A stretch of DNA of 64,000 bases from Macrostomum hystrix (GCA_950097015.1 CATNEN010000024.1:5952001-6016000); one strand, 5' to 3'. Positions 52,567 through 63,979 are shown, counted from the first letter of the stretch. The notes: generated from the letters alone by a model not told the origin. Numbers and translations: made by a program.

Positions 52567-53125
52567 TGCCTTGACAATGGCACTAAAAGAATCGCAATAA
52601 TTTAGGCCTGTATCCAACGGCTATTGCCGGTGCCTGATTGCATCAGCGCTTTTATAGGGCCGGCCGGATTCTGTTCTGGATTCTTGCCTGCATCTCGCCC
52701 ACCGAAGCACGTGATTCGCCCACGAATCAGGCCCGGTTGGCTGTTGCACTTTGCTTTGCCTGTTCTTGTCTCGCATCGATGCGTCTGCTAGACACAGTTA
52801 GTCGATGTTCACCTCTTGTCTTCTTCAACTTCCTTTGTGCATAGTCTCATAATGACTTCTAGTCACATTTCATCATAATTTCCTTTCGCTCAGCAATCGG
52901 TACCACCTTCTCTTTCTATCAACTGAACAGGGACAACTAAAACCCTCGGGACGCGAAACGAGCCAATTCATGGCAAAAAATCTGAGGGGCTCGCTTAAAA
53001 GTATTGTTCTATGGCTTTTTCGAGTCTTCTCTGCTATCAGGCAAATTAAAATTGCTTTAGCTGCGGCCAGCAGTGAAGCTAAGCTGAACTATACCAAGAG
53101 AAGCATTTTTTATTCACTTGATGAA

Positions 53126-53779
53126 ATGCCAAGAAAGTGCAGCGTATTTCCGTGCTCGTCAAATTACAACTCTGAAGCCGTTCGAACACGGATATTTGCG
53201 TTTCCCAGAGATCCACAGGAGCGAGAGCGATGGAGAAAGGCGCTGCCAAATATTCTCCAGGTAAGAAACCAGATCATTTGCTGTCATTACTGCTGCATAA
53301 TTCCGCTTCAAATCTACATGACAGTCTCGTCCAAACAACTTGAAACCCAAAATGTATAATTTTAGAGAGTGACTGACAATATGGGCGTGTGCGTAAAGCA
53401 TTGGCCAAGCGATGCTCCAATGGTCAAGAAAAACTCTACCGAAAGGCCAATTAATCCTCCTTCTGTTTTTAATGGAGTTCCTAGCTCGTGTTTTGTTCAG
53501 AACCAAGGTACGAAACTTAAAGATTGCTCAACACTTATCGTCTATATCGATTTTGCCGCTCACAATTATCTTACTTTTATTTTTACTCTTTTTTTAGACC
53601 AGGACCGACAGGCCGAAAAGCGCGGTGTTCTTTCTGACGCGAGGTGCGGCGACATCGATGAGATGGACGCTTTTCAGCTGCTTGATGTTTTGCCGGCATG
53701 GGAAAGTTTTCGAGCTGAGGTGAAAAATTCGGATGTCGTATCTCGACATGCACTGAACACAGCTATTCTGAACGAATAA
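53126..53779 (+). CDS. Spliced THAP-domain-only protein (exons 53126-53260, 53366-53507, 53598-53779; 152 aa), truncated transposase N-terminus
   Basis: MPRKCSVFPC...FAFP...W...VCVKHW...PPSVF gives the C2CH THAP signature; CAG|gtaaga, ttttag|, AAG|gtacga, tttttag| with matching phases 0 and 1; TAA at the arm junction. Confidence 0.75.
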
Positions 53780-53875
53780 TAAATTTTGGGTTTCAAGTTG
53801 TTTGGACGAGACTGGCATGCAGAATTGAAGCGGAATTATGCAGCAGTAATGACAGCAAATGATCTGGTTTCTTAC

Positions 53876-54010
53876 CTGTAGAATATTTGGCAGCGCCTTT
53901 CTCCATCGCTCTCGCTCCTGTGGATCTCTGGGAAACGCAAATATCCGTGTTCGAACGGCTTCGGAGTTGTAATTTGACGAGCACGGAAATACGCTGCACT
54001 TTCTTGGCAT
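53876..54010 (-). pseudogene. Second copy of THAP exon 1 in the right arm, with no exon 2 downstream
   Basis: Same MPRKCSVFPC...LPNILQ|gtaaga; intron 1 is cut 12 nt before its acceptor. Confidence 0.8.
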
Positions 54011-54269
54011 TTCATCAAGTGAAAAAAAATGCTTCTCTTGATAGATTTTTCTTCTAGTTAGAGTGTTGCGTTTTAAATGTTGCTGAGTGTAGTTCAGCTT
54101 AGCTTGACTGCTGGCCGCAGCTAAAGCAGTTTTAATTTGCCTGATAGCAGAGAAGACTCGAAAAAGCCATAGAACAATACTTTTAAGCGAGCCCCTCAGA
54201 TTTTTTGCCATGAATTGGCTCGTTTCGCATCCCGAGGGTTTTAGTTGTCCCTGCAACTGAAATTTCTTC

Positions 54270-55025
54270 GTGACTCTGTCCAATCTTCTCCTCTTTTTGC
54301 CCCAGTCTTCTCCTCTTTCTGCCCTAATCTTCTCCTCTTTCTGCCTAATCTTCTCCTCTTTTTGCCCCAGTCTTCTCCTCTTTCTGCCCCAATCTTCTCC
54401 TCTTTCTGTCCTAATCTTCTCCTCTTTCTGCCCCAATCTTCTCCTCTTTCTGCCCCAATCTTCTCCTCTTTCTGCCCTAATCTTCTCCTCTTTCTGCCCC
54501 AATCTTCTCCTCTTTCTGCCCCAATCTTCTCCTCTTTCTGCCTAATCTTCTCCTCTTTCTGCCCCAATCTTCTCCTCTTTCTGCCCTAGTCTTCTCCTCT
54601 TTCTGCCCTAATCTTCTCCTCTTTCTGCCTAATCTTCTCCTCTTTCTGCCCCAATCTTCTCCTTTTTCTGCCCTAATCTTCTCCTCTTTCTGCCTCAATC
54701 TTCTCCTCTTTCTGCCCCAATCTTCTCCTCTTTCTGTCCAATCTTCTCCTCTTTCTATCCAATCTTCTCCTCTTTCAATCCAATCTTCTCCTCTTTCTGT
54801 CCAATCTTCTCCTCTTTCTGTCCAATCTTCTCCTCTTTCTGTCCAATCTTCTCCTCTTTCTATCCAATCTTCTCCTCTTTCTGCCTCAATCTTCTCCTCT
54901 TTCTGCCCCAATCTTCTCCTCTTTCTGTCCAATCTTCTCCTCTTTCTGTCCAATCTTCTCCTCTTTCTATCCAATCTTCTCCTCTTTCAATTTAATCTTC
55001 TCCTCATTCTGTCCAATCTTCTCCC
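54270..55025. repeat. Pyrimidine-rich minisatellite, 21-22-bp unit AATCTTCTCCTCTTTCTGCCCC
   Basis: Tandem periodicity. Confidence 0.95.
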
Positions 55026-55624
55026 CTGTCAACCAAATTTTCCATTCTCTTTATCGAGCTTTCTTGTCTCTGTAGCGGGTACATCATTTCTTCTCCTCGC
55101 ATTTGACATCGCATCGCAACCCATCTGATATTCCGTCTACTAGGTAAAATCTACAATTGGAGAATTTTTAAATCGAGGAGGGCGTTGCGCCCAGGTTAAT
55201 CTCACTCAGTGACAAGCAAGGTCAACCTTTTTTGTTAAAATGCTACTGCAGTGTTTATCGAGTATCTGCCGACAAGTTAACCGTAATTACACCACAGCTC
55301 TCGACTCAACCTTCTGAACTTTCAGGTGTTACCGTTCTAATCTGACTCCATTCCTAATTAATGTTTTGCTGGCCACTGAGCAACATTATTACTCTCATAA
55401 CAAGGCCACAATTTAGAACTTTTTGTCAGCCTTATTGTCTTTTCTATGTATTTGTACTATAAAGTAGCAAAATATACAATTTTCTAAACAGCTGCCTCGA
55501 TCATTCTGTCCGGCTTTGTATCCGACCCAATCCGATCTTGACTGTTACTCTCAGTCCCACATTACATCGAACAAACAGAATCCCTCGAACAAATTCTTTG
55601 AATGCAGTGATTTATGGTGCGTTA

Positions 55625-57800
55625 TTTAAGTCTCTGAATCCCGATTCCCATCCTCTGAATCCCGATCCCCATTCTCTGAATCCCGATCCCCATTCTCTGA
55701 ATCCCGATCCCCATTCTCTGAATCCCGATTCCCATCCACTGAATCCTTATCCACATTCTCAGAATACCGATTCCCTTCCTCTGAATTCTGATCCCCATTC
55801 TCTGAATCCTGATCCCCATTCTCTGAATTCTGATCCCCATTCTCTGAATCCTGATCCCCATTCTCTGAATCCTGATCCCCATTCTCTGAATCCTGATCCT
55901 CATTCTCTGAACCTGATCCTCATTCTCTGAACCTGATCCTCATTCTCTGAATCCTGATCTTCATTCTCCGAATCCTGATCCCCATTCTCTGAATCCTGAT
56001 CCCCATTCTCTGAATCCTAATCCTCATTCTCTGAACCTGATCCTCATTCTCCGAATGCTGATCTTCATTCTCCGAATCCTGATCCCTATTCTCCGAATCC
56101 TGATCCCCATTCTCTGAATCCTGATCCCCATTCTCTGAATCCGGATCTTCATTCTCCGAATCCTGATCCCCATTCTCTGAATCCCGATTCCCATCCACTG
56201 AATCCTTATCCACATTCTCAGAATACCGACTCCCTTCCTCTGAATTCTGATCCCCATTCTCTGAATCCCGATTCCCATCCTCTGAATCCCGATCCCTAAT
56301 CTCTGAATCCGGATTCCCATTCTCTGAATCCCGATCTTCATTCTCTGAATCCCGATCCCCATTCTCTAAATCCTGATCCCGTTTCTCTGAACCCTGAATC
56401 TCATTATCTGAATCCGATCCCCATTCTCTAAATCCTGATCCCGTTTCTCTGAACCCTGAATCTCATTATCTGAATCCGATCCCCATTCTCTGAATCCTGA
56501 TCCCCATTCTCTGAATCCTGATCCTCATTCTCTGAATCCCGATCCCTAATCTCTGAATCCGGATTCCCATTCTCTGAATCCCGATCCCCATTCTCTAAAT
56601 CCTGATCCCGTTTCTCTGAACCCTGAATCTCATTATCTGAATCCGATCCCCATTCTCTGAATCCCGATCCCTATTCTCCGAATCCTGATCCCCATTCTCT
56701 GAATCCCGATCCCTAATCTCTGAATCCGGATTCCCATTCTCTGAATCCCGATCTTCATTCTCTGAATCCCGATCCCCATTCTCTAAATCCTGATCCCGTT
56801 TCTCTGAACCCTGAATCTCATTATCTGAATCCGATCCCCATTCTCTGAATCCCGATCCCTATTCTCCGAATCCTGATCCCCATTCTCTGAATCCTGATCC
56901 TCATTCTCTGAATCCCGATCCCTATTCTCCGAATCCTGATCCCTATTCTCCGAATCCTGATCCTCATTCTCTGAACCTGATCCTCATTCTCTGAATCCGG
57001 ATCTTCATTCTCCGAATCCTGATCCCCATTCTCTGAATCCCGATTCCCATCCACTGAATCCTTATCCACATTCTCAGAATACCGACTCTGAATTCTGATC
57101 CCCATTCTCTGAATCCCGATTCCCATCCTCTGAATCCCGATCCCTAATCTCTGAATCCGGATTCCCATTCTCTGAATCCCGATCTTCATTCTCTGAATCC
57201 CGATCCCCATTCTCTGAATCCTGATCCCCATTCTCTTAATCCTGATCCTCATTCTCTGAATCCCGATCCCTATTCTCCGAATCCTGATCCCCATTCTCTG
57301 AATCCTGATCCCCATTCTCTTAATCCTGATCCTCATTCTCTGAACCTGATCCTCATTCTCCGAATCCTGATCCCCATTCTCTGAATCCTGATCCCCATTC
57401 TCTTAATCCTGATCCTCATTCTCTGAATCCCGATCCCTATTCTCCGAATCCTGATCCCCATTCTCTGAATCCTGATCCCCATTTTCTTAATCCTGATCCT
57501 CATTCTCTGAATCCCGATCCCTATTCTCCGAATCCTGATCCCCATTCTCTGAATCCTGATCCCCATTCTCTTAATCCTGATCCTCATTCTCTGAACCTGA
57601 TCCTCATTCTCTGAATCCTGATCCTCATTCTCCGAATCCTGATCCCCATTCTCTGAATCCTGATCCCCATTCTCTGAATCCTGATCCTCATTCTCTGAAC
57701 CTGATTCTCATTCTCCGAAGGCTGATCTTCATTCTCCGAATCTTGATCCCCATTCCTTGAATCCTGATTTCCATTCCCTGAATCCTGATCCCTATTTTCA
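55625..57800. repeat. Minisatellite, 20-21-bp unit CTCTGAATCCTGATCCCCATT with higher-order blocks
   Basis: Tandem periodicity; variant block CCATCCACTGAATCCTTATCCACATTCTCAGAATACCGA recurs three times. Confidence 0.95.
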
Positions 57801-58099
57801 AAATCCAAATCAAAAGAAATTCTTAGAAAACAATATTCCATTCTAGGAATCAGCATTCACATCTGAATACATCAAGTTCTCATTCTAACAATAAAGATTC
57901 TCACCCAAAGAGACCAAATTCTTATTCCAAGAAAGCAAATTTTCATTCTTAGAAACCAACTACAGAAAGATACTCGTACCATGCATGATTGGCGAATTTG
58001 TAGACGGAACTTTCTAGATATGCAATCTAAATTGCTCATTATGATGCCAATTCTGCAGTTTTCACATTAAAGAAGGACTCATACAGCTCTTATTGACAG

Positions 58100-58730
58100 A
58101 ATCCCACCAAAAGAATGCCATCGAACCCCATCAGTCAGTGATCGAATCCCATCAGTCAGTGATCGAATCCCACCAGTCAGTGATCGAATCCCACCAGTCT
58201 GTGATCGAACCCCATCAGTCTGTGATCGAACCCCATCAGTCAGTGATCGAATCCCACCAGTCAGTGATCGAATCCCACCAGTCAGTGATCGAATCCCACC
58301 AGTCAGTGATCGAATCCCATCAGTCTGTGATCGAACCCCATCAGTCAGTGATCAAATCCCACCAGTCTGTGATCGAATCCCACCAGTCAGTGATCGAATC
58401 CCACCAGTCTGTGATCGAATCCCACCAGTCTGTGATCGAACCCCACCAGTCAGTGATCGAATCCCACCAGTCTGTGATCGAACCCCATCAGTCTGTGATC
58501 GAACCCCATCAGTCTGTGATCGAATCCCACCAGTCAGTGATCGAATCCCACCAGTCATTGATCAAATCCCACCAGTCAGTGATCGAATCCCACCAGTCAG
58601 TGATCGAATCCCATCAGGCAGTGATCGAATCCCACCAGTCAGTGATCGAATCCCACCAGTCAGTGATCGAATCCCACCAGTCAGTTATCAAATCCCACCA
58701 GTCAGTGATCGAATCCCACCAGGCAGTGAT
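58100..58730. repeat. Minisatellite, 21-bp unit GTGATCGAATCCCACCAGTCA
   Basis: Tandem periodicity. Confidence 0.95.
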
Positions 58731-59429
58731 CTCATAAGTTCCAACCCTCCACGAGTTCAAATTCGAAGCACATTTCAGGGGCATTCCTTGAGCTCCGTTT
58801 TAATTCCAGCTGCCGCAGGCTACATTGCCTAACCGGGAGCTGAATTAAGAGAATTTCGAGTGCGCCTCTGCGATCAGGATTTAAAATTAGAAAACTGACA
58901 CGTCTTTCAGAAGACGTCCACATTGTCAGAATCCAGGCCCGCAATCATTGGCTAAATGTTGCATGCGAGTATTTTGCTGTTTATCCTCTGGTTCCAGGGG
59001 ACTTGTTTTTCAGCGTTAGTGAGGCCTCCGTTTTTTGACATCCTAAAATCCTAAATATTCCGCAAATAGGAGCCGCCGTAAACTGGATGGACTGCAGAGT
59101 AAACAGCAGTACACAGCTACAAATGACTAATGATACGACACGGGCAGAGCTGAGCACAGCTCAATGTACTGCTGTGATGTAGAGATTTAGGGAAGGTTTG
59201 TGAGTTAGGGAGACTTTCAGAGGTATGGGATGGTTTAGAGAGTACGGAGTACGGGACGCTTTAGGAGGCAAGGACTACCTAACTAGATAACTACTTATAT
59301 ACGTAATTCCTAGTGGTCCTTGTTAGGAGGGGAGAGTTTAAGGATTAGGGGATAGTTTAGGGAGAAGGGGAAAGATTAGGGATAAAGGGAGAGTTTAGGA
59401 ATTAGGGAGTATGTAAGAGTATATGGAGT

Positions 59430-60450
59430 AGGGAGAGTTTAGGAACAATGGGAGAGTTTAGGAACAATGGGAGAGTTTAGGAACAATGGGAGAGTTTAGG
59501 AACAATGGGAGAGTTTAGGAACAATGGGAGAGTTTAGGGTTTAGGGAGAGTTTAGGGACAATGGGAGAGTTTAGGGACAATGGGAGAGTTTAGGGTGTAA
59601 GGAGAGTTTAGGGACAATGGGAGAGTTTAGGGACAATGGGAGAGTTTAGGGACAATGGGAGAATTTAGGGTTTAGGGAGAGTTTAGGGACAATGGGAGAG
59701 TTTAGGGACAATGGGAGAATTTAGGGTTTAGGGAGAGTTTAGGGACAATGGGAGAGTTTAGGGACAATGGGAGAGTTTAGGGACAATGGGAGAATTTAGG
59801 GTTTAGGGAGAGTTTAGGGACAATGGGAGAGTTTAGGGACAATGGGAGAATTTAGGGTTTAGGGAGAGTTTAGGGACAATGGGAGAGTTTAGGGACAATG
59901 GGAGAGTTTAGGGACAATGGGAGAATTTAGGGTTTAGGGAGAGTTTAGGGACAATGGGAGAGTTTAGGGACAATGGGAGAGTTTATGGACAATGGGAGAG
60001 TTTAGGGTGTAAGGAGAGTTTAGGGACAATGGGAGAGTTTAGGGACAATGGGAGAATTTAGGGTTTAGGGAGAGTTTAGGGACAATGGGAGAGTTTAGGG
60101 ACAATGGGAGAGTTTAGGGACAATGGGAGAGTTTAGGGTGTAAGGAGAGTTTAGGGACAATGGGAGAGTTTAGGGACAATGGGAGAATTTAGGGTTTAGG
60201 GAGAGTTTAGGGACAATGGGAGAGTTTAGGGTGTAAGGAGAGTTTAGGGACAATGGGAGAGTTTAGGGACAATGGGAGAGTTTAGGGACAATGGGAGAAT
60301 TTAGGGTTTAGGGAGAGTTTAGGGACAATGGGAGAGTTTAGGGTTTAGGGAGAGTTTAGGGACAATGGGAGAGTTTAGGAACAATGGGAGAGTTTAGGAA
60401 CAATGGGAGAGGTTAGGGTTTAGGGGAGAGTTTAAGGAGTAGGGGAGAGT
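59430..60450. repeat. G-tract minisatellite, 19-bp unit GGGAGAGTTTAGGGACAAT with TTTAGGGTTTAGGG variants
   Basis: Tandem periodicity. Confidence 0.95.
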
Positions 60451-62080
60451 TTGGGAGTGTGTAGGGGTACGAATTTTTGTACAAAATGTGTAATACTTTG
60501 TCGTTAATTAGAAAAAACACTAGTAAGTCACGAGAGTGAAATTTTAACGTTAGATTTTTTGTTTTGTTTTATATTTAATTTTTTAGCGCAAAACACGAAC
60601 AGAAAAACTGAATTCCGAACCGCAATCTCAACTAACATTTAAAACGAAACACTTAAGATAGAACAAATCGGGGCAGATTGAAACGAGGAAGGCGCTTGAA
60701 GTGATGATAACGAATAGTCGATCATACATCATCAGGATTGTGTAGAGAAGAGAGAAGCCTAGACAGCGTGACAGAAAGGGAATAGAGAAGAGGGGAGGTT
60801 AGAGATTAGGAGAGAACAGCCTGATGCAGCAGTACCCTAGCAACGGTACACAGTAAGCATTCGAGAGTTGAGTCTGAAAATCGACAATGAAGTACATTGC
60901 CGGCGGCCGCTCAATAATACTCAGCGGGCGAGGAGCCACGTGCATTAGAGCGGGGATTTAAATAATTCCCATCCCACACACCCATCTTCTTCCTCCAGCC
61001 GCTTCAAAGCAACGCTTCGTCGGCTCGCTACTTTGCAGCGTCTCAATTAGCAAGCGGATTAAAGCAATCGCTGAAGCGCAAAGGCAAATATACAAAATAA
61101 GATTTAACAACTGAGCAGTGCTCAACAAATGATGATATGGAAATTTTTTACTTCAATGGGAATAACAGCTAAAAAGGATTACAGGAACTGGTAAACAGAC
61201 TTACAGACAGGAAAATAATATGGTTATCAGGGCAGTGCCACAGAGGGAATTTATTCTAGGTGCTGTTTTCATTCACTAGCGAAAAACATATTTGCACACT
61301 AACTGATAGATGCTACTCATAGTAGCGAGTAGCGGGCAAGCGGGCGCCGGTGCAGAGAAAACGGAGAGCAAATTGATGGCATTGTAGATATTTCAAATAC
61401 CCTCATTTTTTCTGCATCTCCCAACATATCCAACCAGTCGCCATGAAAATCCAGAACATGGGCTAAAATTTTCCGCTGTATCCGATGAAACAATTTCCAG
61501 AATCACTAAACATCGGAATCAACGAGATATTCAACGATTCTCGTGGGAGTGTCTGGTGGCATGAACCACAAATATTGGCATATTTTCTGCTCACTAAATT
61601 TCATCATGAAACCATGTCGGCTATCATTGTAAACTATTTTGCATTGATTAAATTAAAGATTACAGATAATCTTCTTTTTGAACAATATGGATTGGCCATA
61701 GAAGTTTACACAGAGCAATGATGGTTGTCCTTGTCAACAGGATCTTTGACAAGAATCGTTGAATATCTCGACGATGCTGACGTCGGATGACTTCGACAGT
61801 TAGTTCATCGTAAAAGGGCGGAAAATTGAGATCCATAAGGTGGACTTTCCCGAAAATCGGTCATTTGGTTTGGGAGCAATCGTGAAGTAGGCAGCGGGCA
61901 TTTGAAATAGCCCAGTGGTCTTCCAGCAAGGGGAAAAAGACAAGGCGTGCTCTTTCTACTGCTAATAGACAGGCAATGAAAAAAGGAAAAATTATTTCGC
62001 TCTTGTACAATGGGCTGCACAGTTGGACTGAATCTCGCCACTGGAATGGCCAAATGTCGGTAAAGGCTGATTTCATTTCT

Positions 62081-62425
62081 TCAGCTCATGTCCATTGGCT
62101 CGGTGGGCGCGAGCGCTCCGTCATTGTCGGCAACGATGGCCACCGTTGTGCTGTCCGCGTCGCCGCCGCTGCAGCAGCCGAATTTGTCGCAGTCGATGAT
62201 CAGTGCCTTCAGCACGTCGGACAGTGATACTAGGCCGGCGACGCGGCCCTCCGAGTCCGTAACAACTAGCCGATGAACCTCGGCCGTGACGAGCTTCTCG
62301 ATGACGCTCTTTAATGAATCCTCGGCACGACAGCTGCTGACGCCTTCGAAACGATCGCGGCGATACTGCAGGGCCTCCTTCACGGAGATGTCCAGGTTGT
62401 TGTAGGTCTTTGTGGCGGCCAGGTT
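62081..62425 (-). CDS. PRKAG: AMP-activated protein kinase gamma subunit (SNF4-like), last exon (CBS4)
   Basis: NLAATKTYNNLDISVKEALQYR...FEGVSSC...AEVHRLVVTD...GLVSLSDVL; acceptor aattgcag| phase 0. Confidence 0.95.
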   Translation of the reverse strand, partial: NLAATKTYNNLDISVKEALQYRRDRFEGVSSCRAEDSLKSVIEKLVTAEVHRLVVTDSEGRVAGLVSLSDVLKALIIDCDKFGCCSGGDADSTTVAIVADNDGALAPTEPMDMS

Positions 62426-62704
62426 CTGCAATTTAATAAGCATTGGAATGTGAGATGCCATTATTAAACCCGTGAAGCATTATTTTATGCAGTCGATATT
62501 TCCTAGAAAATCACTCAACACAAGCCATTTAAAAATTAGTCCACATGCATAATACACTGAATTATAGGAGAACTAATACTTTACCATCTATCATATCAAT
62601 TCAAGATTGTTTCGATTACAGATCCAAGCCCCTGGCAACAGTCATAATCCCATATTCATTAAAGGTTATTGCAGAGCCCTAGAATTCTCCCATTCCAGAT
62701 CCGT

Positions 62705-63060
62705 ATAATAATAATCGCAGGAGGGCTGCGGGCAGTGGCACATCATTTAGTAACACTAGACCCGCAGCCAGCGAGGAGGCAATTCTGCCCATTTCGCTGA
62801 CTCCTGAGCACACACGCACACAGATACTGTACGCAGGCACACGCTCACACAGGTTTGTACGTCTGCCCTGACTTTCTCATCGTCAGGCAGTGTACACTTC
62901 GCTGTGCCTTGGAAGTTGACCCTCAAGGGCATACATTGCACGACAAGCCGCCAAGCCTTCTCTCCGCGGCTGCGCCCCAAATAAATATGGCCTAGCCGTG
63001 GAATCGAACTTAGGAACCGAGGTGCGATGCCAACGCGTTAACCGCTCTGCCACCAACCCC
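62705..63060 (-). mobile_element. tRNA-headed SINE-like element in the AMPK gamma intron, body different from the CORE family
   Basis: Minus strand GGGGTTGGTGGCAGAGCGGTTAA (A box) ... AGTTCGATTCC (B box), ~280-nt body, (ATT)n tail. Confidence 0.6.
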
Positions 63061-63114
63061 ATTCCAGATCTATAGAATCGTCCCTTTTTAGATCCTAGAA
63101 TTCACTCATTCCAG

Positions 63115-63300
63115 TTCATTTTATTCTCCCATTCCACATCCTAGAATCCTCCCATTCCACATCCTAGAATCCTCCCATTCCACATCCTAGAATCCTCCCA
63201 TTCCACATCCTAGAATCCTCCCATTCCACATCCTAGAATCCTCCCATTCCACATCCTAGAATCCTCCCATTCCAGATCCCAGAATCCTCCCATTCCAAAT
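63115..63300. repeat. AMPK gamma intron minisatellite, 23-bp unit CACATCCTAGAATCCTCCCATTC
   Basis: Tandem periodicity next to the donor site. Confidence 0.9.
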
Positions 63301-63351
63301 CCCAAACAGCTGCTCCGTCATCCCCGACCCGACTAAGCAAAAGTGGCTCAC

Positions 63352-63979
63352 AATCACGTCAAACTTGGAATAGATGTCAACTAGCCGGCCGTTTCCGTCC
63401 ACAACAGGCAGAGCGCTGACCCGATTCTGCACGAACAGGTTGAGCACCCGCACTAGTGGCGTACTCTCGCTCACCGTGATGATAGTGGTGTAGGTGCCGA
63501 TGCCCAACTGGCGCACTGGCCTGGCCAGCCAGGCTGGCATCGGCAGCTGGTGAATGTACAAGAAGATGTACTTTAGTATGCGCTTGTGAGTCACAATGAA
63601 TAGCGAGTTGCCAGTAGCCGGGTCGATCACTGGCAGGCGGTGCACCCGAGCCTGGAGCAGCAGGCGAACAGCGTCGAGAAGGGAGGCCTCGGGCGAGATC
63701 CAGATTAGCGGCTTGAGTCGGCTGCTCAACTCGGCGCGCCAGGTGCTGATGCGGTGGGTTTCAAGCTCCTCCATAGGTACCAGAGCTGAGCGATAATAAT
63801 TGTGTAGGATGTGAATAAAGTCGCTAATTGTCAGCATGCCAACAAAGCGCTGTTGCTGGGCGTCCCACAGAGGCGCGGCGCGCAGGCCGTTATAGACTAA
63901 AGCGAAGAAGGCTTTGCGCACATTCAGGCTGTTGTCGAACACCAGTAGCTTGCTGCTGGTGGGAATCAAATCGTAGCAC
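63352..63979 (-). CDS. PRKAG: AMPK gamma subunit, internal exon (CBS1-3); the gene continues beyond the window end
   Basis: CYDLIPTSSKLLVFD...KAFFALVYNGLRAAPLWD...FVGMLTISDFI...VHRLPVIDP...THKRILKYI...VSALPVVD...DIYSKFDVI; ctacag| phase 2, ATT|gtgagc phase 0. Confidence 0.97.

Larger units (their letters stand above)
52928..54253. mobile_element. Non-autonomous THAP-type DNA transposon (P superfamily favoured; hAT/Zaphod-type possible) with foldback arms
   Basis: Termini CAGGGACAACTAAAACCCTCGG...CCGAGGGTTTTAGTTGTCCCTG; 8-bp direct repeat CAACTGAA at 52920-52927 and 54254-54261; arms 52928-53353 and 53783-54253 are reverse complements. Confidence 0.92.

Noticed and set aside
55076-55143. Possible 68-bp + strand micro-exon (tctctgtag| ... 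TAG|gtaaaa)
   Set aside because: No partner exons or homology can be supported from the sequence alone.
58093-58737. 214-aa ESHQSVI repeat ORF
   Set aside because: A pure 21-bp minisatellite starting at a non-ATG codon, with no flanking coding signal.
62860-62895. CTGACGA...GAAA hammerhead-like core on the minus strand
   Set aside because: No room for stem II; the sequence is explained by a simple 6-bp hairpin.
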